Made by a program: the position numbers and the translations under genes | Notes under the pieces: generated by a model | Databases searched by the model: none | Told to the model about the DNA's origin: nothing | The model's input: the letters and a program-made list of their open reading frames with translations, nothing else | In this document: positions 12,002 through 25,138 of the stretch, piece after piece | Layout: the number at the start of each line of letters is the position of its first letter | How positions within the stretch are numbered: the stretch's first letter is position 1 | Origin: Octopus sinensis | Taxonomy: Eukaryota | Direction: 5' to 3' | NCBI RefSeq assembly: GCF_006345805.1 | Contig: NC_043006.1 | Span: 75,640,001-75,704,000 of the forward strand | DNA: 64,000 nt

Positions 12002-12047
<46 letters not shown>
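11571..12047. repeat. Long (ATT)n/(ATC) trinucleotide array with higher-order ATTATTATC periodicity
   Basis: Read directly from the sequence. Confidence 0.95.
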
Positions 12048-12048
<1 letters not shown>

Positions 12049-12199
12049 GATAGTAGCTGTATCAATATTTGTCGAACTATTTATGGAGATGATGATTTCG
12101 TTCAGTTTCAATTTTGTGCGACTATCATGAGCAGAAATTTTGAGAAGACGTCGTCGTCACCCTTTCAAACCCCACCCCGCCATGTAAACAGCCGTTACT

Positions 12200-12780
12200 G
12201 CTGCCACCACCACCACCACCACCATCAATATTGTTATTATCACCACCACCACCACCACTATCATCAATATAACTATTACCACCACCACCACCACACCATC
12301 ATTAATATTGTTATTATCAGCATCGCCACCATCATCAATATTACTATTATCACCACCAAAACTACCACACCACCACTACCACCACCACCACCACCACCAA
12401 CACCAACACCAACACCAACACCACCACCTCCACCACCACAACAACAACCACTATTATTGCCATCACCACCATCACCGCTACCACTACCATCAATACTACA
12501 ATTTCCACTCTCACCAGCTTTCTTATCTCCATCAACACTACCTCCATCACCACCACTGTTTTAACTAAAATCCCCCACAAACACTGCCATCTTTAAGATT
12601 ACACAGACAACGACGATGGGCACCATGACCACTACCACTACGACCACCATCACCACAAGCCTTACTACCATCCTAACTGTCCCATCGCTTCCGTCACCAC
12701 GACTCTCCACCACCATCACATTCACCATCACTAACACAACTGTTGTTATCCTTAACACTACGATGGTAACCACCAACAGG
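12200..12780. repeat. Degenerate (CAC/CAT/CTA)n low-complexity tract
   Basis: Read directly. It gives the poly-H/P/T ORFs. Confidence 0.85.
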
Positions 12781-13541
12781 ATCTTTATTTCTGTCTCTTC
12801 TTCGTCTCTTACCAATCATCATCATCATAATTGTAAAAAAAAAAAATAAAAAACTCCTCGTACTTACCGACACAACCACCATCGACGTGCTTCTCATCGT
12901 CGTCTTCGCTGTCCTCCTCATCACCATCATCATCAATAAACACAATTTGGGTAATAAATAGACGTCGTATATTTGGGGGCCATCCATTACGTGCTAGCGG
13001 CAATTTGATAAGAGAAGCCATATTGTTACTGTGTGTGAGTGAGACAAAGAAAGAAAGGAAGGAAAAAAGAAAGGGAATGAAAGATAAAGAGAGAGGGTGC
13101 GAAAGAGAGCGAGTGTAAGACCTATTGTTGGTATTCAATTGGTAGACAATTGATCTGCACAAACTTACTAAGGTTTCGTTCATAAACCCCCACTTTACAC
13201 AGTCAACATATCATTAAATATTCTCCGTTGCTGCACTTAGACGAGTTCACTAACTTCATTTTCAAGTCCATGAACTAGTTACCGGTCGGTTCGTGTTCCA
13301 CCACACACGTCGCACTTTATTTGTGACCAAAATCCACAACCACCGGATGCCTAGTTCAAGTAGACAATAGAAGGGGCAACAGTTATATATATAGTATAAT
13401 ATAATCTGTCTATCAATCAATCACTCATTCAATCTATCTATCTATCTATCTATCTATCTAAACAAGTTATGTGTGTGTATATATATATATATGTATAAGT
13501 CTACACATACATACATACATATATATATTATATATATATAT

Positions 13542-13584
<43 letters not shown>

Positions 13585-13758
13585 CGCTAGCCACTAAACC
13601 TTTTTTACTGTCTCTTCCTGTTTATTTCTGTGTTCCTTTCTGTCGAAGAGCATAGGGTGGAAACGTAAAATACATTCTCATTTCCGAACGTTAAACCAAT
13701 ACATCTGTTTGTTGTTTACACACCCGTCTTCGTCTCTTGTTCTTTTAAATTCTGATTA
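13585..13758 (+). mobile_element. Penelope-type 3' terminal fragment with a degenerate hammerhead (13637-13670)
   Basis: UUU-CUGUCGA-AGAGCAUAGGGUG-GAAACGUA-AAA. The downstream ACACCCGTCTTCGTCT tail is similar to 45610-45762. Confidence 0.6.
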
Positions 13759-15222
13759 TATATATTATATTATAATATATATATATATATATGTATTATA
13801 TTATATATATACATAATATAGCATATACCTCATACATATACCTTCAATATCTATTATCTATATATATATATAGTGAGAGAGAGAGGGAGAGAGGAGAGAG
13901 AGAGAATGAGAACTACTTTAAAATTTAGAAGCATGTAATGTTATGATCATTTTTTCCTTAACAAGTCATTCTGTGTTTGATATACAGGGAGGGGTTAAAT
14001 GGTGTAGACGTGGCGTTTGTCTTCTGGTTAAAATGTCTTGCAAATTTTCTTCCAGTTTCTTTTTTTTTTTTTACGTTCTGAATTGAAATCTCATTACGAA
14101 CAACTTTGTCTTTCATCCTTCTGTCGTCGATAAAATATAATACCAGTCAAGCATTCTGGTGGAAGATGTCAACTAACCTTCGCTTTCCCCAAAACTGCTA
14201 GTCGTGTTTCTACCAAGAGACAATTTCAACCTAGTGAAAGGGGGAGACAGTAGAGCGTCGGGCAAAAAGCCCACGTGGTAATTTTCCCTCCTCTATGCTC
14301 TTTACCTTTTGCCGAAGTCGACTCTGTCGTTTATCATTTCTGGATTGACAAAATATTGAACCAATAAATATCTACAGTCGATAAAATCTCATCCATTTCC
14401 CACCCGAATGCCTGGTCATGTGACTATGTTATAACAATTTATACTGGGAAAGGAGCTAAGAAAGAACATTACCACTGATATCCAATCTGTCGTTTTTCTA
14501 AGACGTTGGAGATTTGGCAAAGTTATTACAGCTTTGGGCGAAATGCATTGCGGTACTGATTACAGTGTTCCGGATTCTAGGTTCAAATCATGCGAAAAGT
14601 AACTTTGCCTTTCAACTATCTGCGATCGATGAATAAGCTGCCAAAGATGGTAGGTTGGGAAAATCACTGGAGCGTCGGAAACTAGCAGTATTTGTTCACG
14701 GTCTTGCATTGTGGGTCCAAGTCATGCAGTGGTCTACGGGGAAATAAAATTAATCCATCATTGTGTTTAACACAACCTCTTGATTTAGGTTATCATTTTA
14801 GCGGAATATATTCTGTTTCAAGCATTCGAGCAAGGCCTCAGTTTTGAGGGATCCTTTTCTCCTCATCTGTTTCTCTTTCTATTTCTCCCGGTAACCTTCA
14901 ACGCCCTTCAAAAAATCATAGCTACCGTCCTCTCACTTGAAGACGTGATTAAAAGACACTGGGTTTAAACTTCAGTTATGATTCAGGAAATATTCGCTTG
15001 AAGAGTAGTAGGAAGCAATCTGTCCATAATTATAGTTTTTTACAGAGTGGTTGGATAGTTAAAAATTTCCCTTCATAACGTCCAAACCATGGGGTTTTGC
15101 GTCCGATTCCATTGCTCGTCACTTTGAAAGCTCCCGCCTATCGTAGCCTCGGGTTGACCAACACCTTGTAAGTGGAATTTGATAAATAATAACTGTGCAG
15201 AAGGCCATTATATATATATTTA

Positions 15223-15476
15223 CGGCATTCTTTCGATATAACTCGGCAAAATCAAAACATTTCCCTTCGGGTATTTCGATTCTGTTTTCTGCTTGGAAAT
15301 TTGCGGAATTTATATACACACATGAAACAGGTAAGAACAAATATGTAAGGCTTTTTTTCTTCAAGTTTAAAATGAGACATTGCTGGCATAATTTCGTTAC
15401 CTCTATACTCCACAACCCACGGAAAGACCGGAAGTGAAATGTTTTGATTTTGTCGAGTTATATCGAAAGAATGCCA
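15223..15476. mobile_element. MITE with ~52-bp TIRs and TA flanks, inside a SINE B microsatellite
   Basis: GGCATTCTTTCGATATAACTCGGCAAAATCAAAACATTTC at the left end and GAAATGTTTTGATTTTGTCGAGTTATATCGAAAGAATGCC at the right end. Confidence 0.85.
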
Positions 15477-15503
15477 TACATACATACATACATACATACA
15501 TAC

Positions 15504-15563
<60 letters not shown>

Positions 15564-15658
15564 ATATATGTATATAATTGTTAAAGAGGAAAACAAACGT
15601 TAGGGCAAGGCAACTTACTCAAGTCATATACATTATTATCATTAGAAGCAAATTCAAA

Positions 15659-15714
15659 GTCTTACAGCTGTTTCTGGGATATACCAGGGTATGGGATATT
15701 CCGTCCTCGGAGAC
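15659..15714 (-). ncRNA. Hammerhead ribozyme motif (core CCGAGGA variant)
   Basis: GUCU-CCGAGGA-[CGGAAUAU...AUAUCCCA]-GAAAC-AGCU-GUA-AGAC. Confidence 0.65.
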
Positions 15715-16097
15715 AAATAGGGAAAATGAGAATGGTATAGATTAATGAAATGACGACATAGAGGACAGGAGTAAAGGAATAAGATGAAGAAAGAGAAGAA
15801 AAGAAGAAGCATAACAATTCACAGTTCAACTTTCCGATCTAGTAGAAATAAATCCATAAGTACTTAGGTGCAATCCTGTGTAAATGCATGTGGATTAAAA
15901 TCCTGGTGTTGCAAACATCCAGAAAGAAGACGCGAACATATCAACGTTCAATAACAGAATGGTAGCGGAGGTAGCTATTAAATGGTAAAAAGAAAGAAGA
16001 GTAAATAAATAGGAAGAGAGTAGATCGACGAGGGGAGGAGTTAAGGATTGGCGTTAAGGATAACGTAAGGTATATAAACATATAGTCTAAGAATATC

Positions 16098-16328
16098 TAT
16101 TTCTTTACTACCCACAAGGGGCTAAACACAGAGGGGACAAACAAGGGCAGACAAACGGATTAAGTCGATTATATCGACCCCACTGCGTAGCTGGTACTTA
16201 TTTAATCGACCCCGAAATGATGAAAGGCAAAGTCGATCTCGGCGGAATTCGAACTCAGAACGTAACGGCAGACGAAATACAGCTAAACATTTCGCCCGGT
16301 GTGCTAACGATCTTGCCAGCTCCCCGCC
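16098..16328 (-). mobile_element. SINE family A monomer
   Basis: The reverse complement matches family A from head to tail. Confidence 0.9.
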
Positions 16329-16615
16329 AGCCGAGAAGATAAGAGAGAGGGGGAGGAGGTAGAAGATAACGTAAAAAGAATAAACAAAATAGAGCAAAAC
16401 GAAAGGAATTTAAAGAGAGTAGTAGGTGCCTGTGGTATTCTTCTAGTCTATAGGGGTTGGGGAGGGAATTTAATAGTTAATACTTGTGTCCTTTCTGGCT
16501 CAGGTCAGTGGCCGTAGAGTTATTTTTAGCAATGGGGTTATGGGTGTGTATGTAATCGTTGAATGTTAAATTATTTAGTAGTAGGAGTTAGAATGAAATA
16601 TTAGGGGATTTTTTT

Positions 16616-16824
16616 ACTCTTTTACTTGTTTCAGTCATGTTAGAGCATCACCTTTAGTCGAGCAAATAGACTCCAGGACTTATTCATTGTAAGCCTAGTA
16701 CTTATTCTATTGGTCTCTTTTGCCGAACCGCTAAGTTACGGGGACGTAAACACACCATCATCGGTTGTCAAGCGATGTTGAAGTGACAAACACAGACGCA
16801 CAAACATATGCACATAATACATAC

Positions 16825-16855
<31 letters not shown>

Positions 16856-17210
16856 ATAATAAAATATTAGCGAATAAATCCAAATTTACAGGGAAAAATC
16901 AGATTTATAGTAAACTATTATATTTATTAAATTAGAGATAAAACCACATTAGGCAAATCATACAATGAAAAACTCAGCCAATACATAAGATTAGTTAATT
17001 TATATTATTTTAATATAATCAAAATTATTAAAAAAAGATAATTAGTATAACACTACGATCGTTTCATGGCTGTCCAATTCTTAAAATTTCGGGTTACAGT
17101 CATTCTTCAGGTGATTTAAATATTTAACTTAGCGAGGTTTAATCATATATACGACGGGCTTCTTTCAGTTTCTGTCTACCAAATCCACTCGCAACCACTC
17201 CTACGCTCCA
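16616..17210 (-). mobile_element. SINE family B with a hammerhead-bearing insert (16860-17145) in its internal microsatellite
   Basis: Tail at 16616-16810, resuming at ATATACGACGGGCTTC (~17147). Confidence 0.8.
17051..17113 (-). ncRNA. Type I hammerhead ribozyme motif
   Basis: CAC-CUGAAGA-[AUGACUGU...ACAGCCAU]-GAAAC-GAUC-GUA-GUG. Confidence 0.8.
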
Positions 17211-18377
17211 ATTTTTAAACCATAACTCCTACTTGGTTATGGTTTAAAAATAAATTAAAGAATTAATATTTATCTTATAGAGTGATGAGGTAAGGTTGAT
17301 AGAAGAGATATAGAGGGTTATGTGTTGATGATCATGGAGATTTATATGTAGGTGTTATTCGTGAGGGGGGAATTTACATTTAGATTTATGAAAGAATTTA
17401 AAAGTGCAGAAGAATTTGTGGTTACACGTTGTGATGGCTACGTTGTACTTATTAAGCAATTGCGGTGAGTTATGGGTTAACATTGTAATGGCTTCTTTTA
17501 AGCAGAGTCCACAAATGCAGTGCTGGCCGTGATATGGGAGTCTATTATAACCCAGGAAAGTCTATATTGTATTTTTCTATTAATTAGATGGTGTGCGTGG
17601 CTGGCTTGTGATGTGGAACTGCTATTCTCTTTATGTTTAAACGAGTTTAAACGTGCATAATATCTTTGTTTAAAATTTGTAGTAGATCCAAAGTAGTAGC
17701 TATAGAAGTTATTTACTATGTTGTGAACGGTGCATTTGTATACGACGTTGAATCTTCTGCACTGGGTTTGCAGCGAGAAGTCTGCCCCAGATCTGTAGTT
17801 GCAGCTATCAGTTCTACGATGGTTTATTGGAGAGAGAGAGATGAGGTAGTACTATAAGAAATAAGCAAAGCAAATGGAAATTTACAAAAGAAAACGATTA
17901 CCTACGTATCATGATTTCATTCTTAATACTTTCAAAAATGCAAATAAAGCATCTGTAAATCCTCAGCGTAGTCTGTCGTATTACAAAACATATTTTACAG
18001 AACTATGCACAGAAACGTTTTCCCGAAAGAAAACTAATATACAGTTCTACAAAATATATTTGTGGTATTTTTCAAATGCCTTCACCTTAGCGCGCTAGTG
18101 CCGGAAAACAACCCTGCAGGTAATAAATTACCGCAGTAAATTCACCGGTTTGAGAACATTGCTATTTTAAATTAAAATACTGAGGGTAGAAATTGATACC
18201 AATCAATTAACATCAATTTAAACCAGTGGTCTAGCACAGTTGTAACTCTATATTTACAACTATGGTGTTGTTGGTACAACATGTTCTTTGTCTATCTCCT
18301 TAACTTCTCGGAGATTTTAAGTAAAATTATATTAATGTGTCCTTCTGTTCTAATTTAATTAAATTATATGTCTTTGT

Positions 18378-18467
18378 GCAGCTGAAGATTACACTATATT
18401 TTAAATTGATGTAATGAAATGATTGCATTGTTCAAGTAAATGGAGTTGCATGAAACGATCGTACTGC
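18378..18467 (+). ncRNA. Type I hammerhead ribozyme motif in a (TA)n-adjacent element (~18120-18505)
   Basis: GCAG-CUGAAGA-[long imperfect stem II]-GAAAC-GAUC-GUA-CUGC. Confidence 0.75.
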
Positions 18468-18499
18468 ATTACCTCTGGATATCCTTGTTGCTTATTTTG

Positions 18500-18576
<77 letters not shown>

Positions 18577-20535
18577 TGTGGTGTGTGTGTGGTGTGGGTG
18601 ATGGAAGTAAGACACGTATATTTTGGAGTCGCTTATTTGACGCACTAACTTTTTTAACATCAGTCATTTTAATGTTTCACTCGTTCTTTTCTACCTTCTC
18701 TTTCTCTCTTTGCTACGCATTCAATGTATGTAGCTATCACTTACCGTCGTTCACTCTCTCTATCTGTATGTGTATATATTTCTCCGCATAGATTCGTGAG
18801 TGTCTGTTCCTCTGTGTACGTACCTATGTGTGTATGTGTGTGTGTGCGTGCGTGCGTATTTGTGGGTGTGCGTTTACCTGTAACCCCAAATACATTGTAC
18901 TCAATACAGGTTAAATGTCTAGTCAGCCGTGTCAGATCCTCAACGTCTATAGAGCTGCTCTCACTCTTCTCATACCAATGGTAGAGCTAACCATCTTACT
19001 CGTCTGACCCTCTAACAGTTTACGAAACAACCACCCCGGACAGAGACTTTCTTTACACACCCAGAATGAGTCAATATAACCGTTTAACCTAGAACCTCAG
19101 ATTTCCGGTATTTTACCACTTTAAGAAATCTAAAGTAATTGTTTTATGTCATGTGTCGAATGATAAATAAAATCATTAGTCTTTAACTCAGCAAAATGAC
19201 TCATGTGGCTGATATGTTTTTTGTGGGGACATCGGTATGGAATTAGAATATGGAATGTATAGTATGTTCAAAACATTTACAATAGAAGTGAGATTCAACA
19301 AAAATCACTTACGTAGTCCAAACCTTAATTAGCATGTGAATATGATGTTGTGGTCATGGCTCGAAGGTCTTTGGTTTGAAACCCACTCGATTTGGGAAGA
19401 ACTGGGGTTTAAAGAACGAAGTGAAATAGAACAATCACGGTCTCGAATCGAAACCGTTTTGCTATTAGTTTAGCAGCTTTACGACGCTTGCCAGTTATGA
19501 AAAATCGTTGAGTGGTAGATTTTTGTAATTAGGGTGTTTCGGTCAATGACTTCGAATCAGAAAGGAAAATAAGGGTTATAACCAAAGGCGTACATAACAT
19601 TAAAAGACAAACAGCAAAATACAATCAAACAAAACAAAACATCGTTCACGAGTAAGGGAAAAGTGAAAGTAACACATGTTTTACGATTCCTTATTTTTCT
19701 TGCTGCCTTTTAATTACATATCGATTAATTTATCTAAAGGGAACGTGTAATTAAAAATTCTAATGAATGAAAATTAATTTGAATACTTTTGAAACACTCA
19801 TAAAGTTAACCAGAATGTTAAAGTTTGAGGAGTATATTTTTTGTTTTTCTTTTTTTACATGGAGACACTATTTGCCAATAACGCCTTGTGTTGTATCTGC
19901 TACTCTTTGAAGAAACTGTCAATAGATTAGAAGCAATAACCAAAGAATCGTTAGAGCCTCAAACAAAGTCCTTTACAGTCACCGGCTCTTCATCTTATAG
20001 GTTCAAGGCTCGCTGAGGTTAGATTCTTCTCCTATCTCTCAGGATTCGATGAAATAACGTACCAGTTAAATATTAAGATAAGGACAGCGTTGGAAAAATG
20101 CTAAGCTCTATTTCTTACGTCTCATTAAGTTCTGAGTTCAAATATTTTCGAAGTCAGCTTTGCCTTTCATCTCTCTGGGTTAGATAAATTCGACTTACTC
20201 CTCCTCCAAAATTGCTGGCCTTGTACCAAAATTTAAAACCATTATCATTGTTATTATTATTATTTATTATCCCTGACATCTCGTCAGACATGAACAAAAT
20301 CATCTTGCTCTGAGTTGTTTCGATGTTTCCCCAGGATAACGGACAAAAAGAAGTAATTTTAATTTTTCATTTTATTTCAAACAAGAACTTTTAGTGAATT
20401 AAACATTCCGGAAAGTGTACCCCTTTCTGGGATTCGTTAGCATGGTCGGTTTTAGAAATATTTTCACTTTTATTTTGCATGCAATGCTAAACCAGATGAA
20501 AAAACCCCTCAAAACATCTCAGACTCGTCAAATAT

Positions 20536-20764
20536 TACTCTTTTATTCTTTTACTTGTTTCAGTCATTTGACTGTGGCCATGCTGGAGCACCAGCTTTAG
20601 TCGAGCAAATCGACCCCAGGAAGTATTCTTTGTAAGTCTAGTACTATCGGTCTCTTTTGCCGAACCGCTAAGTTACGGAATGTAAACACACCAGCATCGG
20701 TTGTCAAGCGATGTTGGGGGGATGCAGACACACAAACACACACACCACACACACACATAATATA

Positions 20765-20796
<32 letters not shown>

Positions 20797-20972
20797 TATA
20801 TATATTATATAATATATATACATATATACGACGTCTACAAAATCCCCACTCACAGGCTTTGGTCGGCCCGAGGCTATAATAGAAGACACTTGCCCAAGGT
20901 GCCACGCAGTGGAATGACCCGGAACCATGTGGTTCGTAAGCAAGCTACTTACCACACAGCCACTTCAACGCC
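20536..20972 (-). mobile_element. SINE family B, full length
   Basis: The reverse complement matches family B. Confidence 0.9.
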
Positions 20973-22132
20973 TGTAAACTTAGCAAAACATCCTTCAAAC
21001 AGTATAAAATGCAAACATGGAAAATTATATCAATGAACAAAGTAAATGGTTCAGAACGAAAACAATAACACTCCAACAGTGTTATAAAACATTTTTGACA
21101 ACCGTGTACCTGCACATACACTAGATCAAAAATGACTATGAACAATGAGTAGTTATCCTCATTGTTCGAACAAAAATACACTCGATATGAACTGTTATGC
21201 TGCACGAACGAAACCTGTGTCACAATTTGTGTGCAGTATAGGGGCCAGCACACACAATGCACCACAGCTTCATATTTTGCGCTTCATATTTTAAATTCTC
21301 CAATAATGTATTGTATATCGTCTTTCACGCTCTTCTCGTATTTATACAAGGATTCCGCTCTTCCCCAAGTCTCTTTATAAACCAACCCGATCTGTTTAAT
21401 ATTATTTCGTAGACTTTTGTACCCATTTGAGCTCCTACAACTAATAAATCATCATCATCATCATCATTATCGTCGTCGTCGTCGTCGTCATTATTATTGT
21501 TACTGTTATTCATTTGAGGTTTATAGATGTGGCTTATTTAAGAAAGACATCAACATTCTCCCCTTCCGCGCTTGCAAATTATATAATGATATATTGTCTG
21601 GCATATCTTCAGGCCAATATTTACTATGGAAGAACCTGTCTGCAACGTTTAACATTTCTCATATCATTTGTTCTTTTATGGTATATTCCCAATTCCTATT
21701 CTTCTTGTCTCGTTGTCATTTACTTTACAGATGCAGCAATCCAATATTACATATAACAAGATGAACATTATCCTTATTTTCTATCGGGATTTAAATTAAT
21801 AGCGAGGAATGTACAATTACTCGGCATCTCAAAGCCTTTGTGAATGCTATCGTAGTCATCCGGCTTTTGTATGCTGATTATAAATGTACGGATGTCCAGT
21901 CTGTCACGTATAATTGTATCAGACGTTTAACTCGTTGACGAGGTAATGACCCATAGGACAATGTTGAATAGTCATTTACCCGAGGTGAATTGTTGCCCTT
22001 ATAGTACATCGTACTAATTCGTCTTAGGCAAGTTGAAAACAAGCTGATGCATGTCATGTGAGTTTCAATCTGTGAGTTTGTGTATGTGTGCAAGCGCGGA
22101 TGTCAATGTGTATGTGTGTGCGTGCATGCATG

Positions 22133-22325
22133 CCAGCACGCCTGGCAAAATACTTAGCGTCATTTCGTCTGTTTTTTCGTTCCGAGTTCAAATTCCGCCG
22201 AGGTCGACTTTCTTTTTCATCACTTCAAGGTCGATAAAAAAGTATCAGTTGAGTACTGGGGTCGATGTAATCGACTTACCCACACCTCCGAAATTGCTGG
22301 CCTTGTGCCAAAATTCGAAGCCAAT
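22133..22325 (+). mobile_element. SINE A-related copy with alternative tail
   Basis: GAGTTCAAATTCCGCCGAGGTCGACTTT...TGGCCTTGTGCCAAAATTCGAAGCCA. Confidence 0.8.
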
Positions 22326-22445
22326 ACTCCTGTCTGCTGGGACATGTTTTCACAGAAATTCGAAATGCATGGTACCATTTGTACGACGGTGCATTGGTTT
22401 ATAACTATAGCGCAATGTCATCAAGAGAATGAAAAACATGCGTGC

Positions 22446-22631
22446 ACATATATACGACAGGTTTCTTTTAGTTTCCAAGAGCAAAATCCACTTTTAAGCC
22501 ATTGGTAAGCCAAAGGCCAAGTAGAAGACACCTGCTGCCCAAGATGCCGCACAGTGTAACTGAACCTGAAACCACATGGTTAGGAAGGAAACACTTTAAC
22601 CACAGCTATGCTTGCACCTTATATATATATA

Positions 22632-22668
<37 letters not shown>

Positions 22669-22800
22669 ATATGTCTCGCGTGTCCCCCAACCATCGCTTC
22701 ACAACCAATGCTAGTGTTTACGGTCCGTGACTTAGCGGTTCGTCAGAAGAGAACGATAGAATAAGTACTAAGCTTTAAACGAATGAGTCTTGGAGTCGAA
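22446..22800. mobile_element. SINE B head (-) and SINE B tail (+) on either side of (TA)n
   Basis: 22446-22618 is the reverse complement of the head. 22680-22800 is the forward tail. Confidence 0.7.
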
Positions 22801-23227
22801 ATCACTTCTTTAACTTTCTAAGGCATCTCAACGCTTCTAAAGCGTTGTTTACGTTCATCGTAATTTGAATATACATACATACAAACATACATACATACAT
22901 ACATACATAGATACATGCATGCATGCATGCACGCACACACATCGTAATCGACTCTGGTATCCATAAGCATTGAAAGTAAACAAGATTACGATATCGGGAG
23001 ACGAATAGAAATAAGGCGAAGGATAATCTCAAATGATGAAGCATATACGCGATTTCGTAAGCTTGATTGCCTTCAGTGCTTGTGGATATCCGAGTTGCCT
23101 TTGACTCTTCTTTTCAGCAAAGCTGTGCACCCGCAAGTATATTTGCCTTTTTTTTCTTTTGCTAATAGCCACCGATATTGTTATTTTTTGTTAATGATAT
23201 CCCCATTACTTATAATTATATATATAT

Positions 23228-23962
23228 ATGAGTGATGATGCCTCTTTCCAAGTGCACATTACCAGGATGGCGACAAAGTGCAGAAGTCTGGCTGGTTGGA
23301 TCCTAAGAACATTCAGAACCAGAGATAAGGAAACCATGATGGTCCTCTGGCGCACATTCGTCCTCAGCCGCCTGGATTACTGCTCACAGCTATGGTCACC
23401 CAACAGTGTGACATTAACTGCGAACCTAGAAGCAATTCAGAGAAGATTCACAAAGATCGCCTCTTTGCAACAGCTCAGCTACTGGGAAAGGTTGAAAAAG
23501 CTAAGAGTCTACTCCCTGGAGAGAAGACGGGAGAGGTTTGCAGTAATATATATTTGGAAGATCCTGGAAGGAATTTTGCCAAATTTTAGCATTGAAAGCT
23601 ACACGAATGCCAGAACGGGACGACACTTCATAGTGCCAAAGATCCCAGCAATGCCATCACGCTTCAGGACCAGTTACTGCAACAGCCTAGGTTTCAAGGG
23701 CCCACAGCTTTTTAATATTCTCCCAATGAGTCTGAGGAACTTGCACAAAGTAGATGTATAGATTTTTAAATCAAAGCTGGACCTCTTCCTGTCGAGAGTC
23801 TCAGATGAGCCAACCTCACAGCAAGAGGTGCAAATGAGGGTAGCTATATCAAACTTCATTCTTCACCAAGTGCCACATATTAGAGGTGCTTCGTAATAAC
23901 AGTGTAGCAAAACGGCGGTGCATCAGCATGGCCGCAGCTCTGAGCTGAAACTAGAGAAAAAA
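23228..23962 (+). mobile_element. CR1-group LINE 3' fragment (RT C-terminal region plus 3' UTR)
   Basis: GWILRTF..VLSRLDYCSQLWSP..LEAIQRRFTK..SYWERLKKLRVYSLERRRER..GPQLFNILP. An in-frame stop at 23759 is followed by FKSKLDLFLSRVSDEP. Confidence 0.9.
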
Positions 23963-23964
23963 TA

Positions 23965-24210
23965 TTCTCTTTTATTTCTTTCAGTTATTAGACTGCGGCC
24001 ATTCCGGAGTACCGCTTTGAAGAATTCCAATCGAATGAATTGATATCACTACTTATTTTTGAAGCCTGTCGCTCTCTTTTTCTGAACTACTAAGTTATAT
24101 GGTCATTAACATATCGATACGAGTGGCCAAGCGGCAGGACGCGCAAACACACGCACGCACCTATACGATGAGCTTCTTTTTGTTTTCCTCTTTAAAATCC
24201 ATTCATAAGG
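23965..24210 (-). mobile_element. Degenerate SINE B
   Basis: Reverse complement of the tail (GACTGCGGCCATTCCGGAGTACCGC) and body. Confidence 0.65.
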
Positions 24211-25086
24211 CATTAGAACTGTCGTTCTTATAATTCAGTTAACGCACTCCCCTATCTTGGTTTGACTGATTTTGATCGAAACCTAAAGAATGAATGATAA
24301 AACTGTCCACGGCGGAGTTTGAAATTAGAGCTCGGTGACCAGGAACAACTACAGGGAAACCATTTTTCCGATGCTTTATCGATTCTCCTATCTTCCCATC
24401 ATTGAGAATTAAACAGCAAAATGTCAACCATTAAATACCGTAATATTTTATTTTCGAATAACAAAGAAAAAAAGCAAACAATTGCTGTGGAAAAGGATAT
24501 ATATTGATGAGAAAAGAATGAGAATGATCCTAAGAAGACATCACATGAATTCAAAGAAGACAAGAGAATATGTAGTGAGAATATGAAACGCTTAAAAGTG
24601 TTTACACAAGCAATATATCGTGTCTTTCCGTTCTCCATCCAATATTAGCACCACACATAACGTGCCTACTTTTAATGCTATTATTTTTCGTTGTTGCTTT
24701 TAACATTCACTTTAGCCGTTGAGAATGTCCGCTTGTTGCCATAATTTAGTTTTGGCAATTGTAAATGATTTATTGTCTTTAGGTGATTTCATACATCTCA
24801 AGTATAACAGTAAGCAGGTTAGAAACTTGAGAGGTAATTTGCACCATTAATAATCACTTTTTACATCGTTTCATGACACTCGTTAAGTTACTTGACATCC
24901 TCTTTTATTCAAATGTACTGTATCAGCGTTCGTGATGTATTGTATACGATGTGACTGTATGACAGATATATGAAAGGTTTATGTAATAAATACATTAGAA
25001 TAATGTGCAGAAAATAATATTTAATGCCAATTTATATACATACATACACACACGCACATATACATATATATATACGTATACATATA

Positions 25087-25138
<52 letters not shown>

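Larger units (their letters stand above)
15577..17830 (-). mobile_element. Penelope-like element 3' part (GIY-YIG endonuclease pseudogene ~17390-17810, 3' region with hammerhead), interrupted by SINEs
   Basis: Minus strand reads CNYRSGADFSLQTQC..NVVYKCTV..YYFGSTTNFKQRY..SFKH..LSWVII/..CGLCLKEAI..LLNK..TC(N)HK. Joining the coding part to the 15577-16610 region is inferred from orientation and base composition. Confidence 0.7.

Noticed and set aside
12127-12564. His/Pro-rich ORF resembling a transcription-factor low-complexity region
   Set aside because: It is a degenerate CAC trinucleotide tract open in several frames on both strands, with no splice signals or domain.
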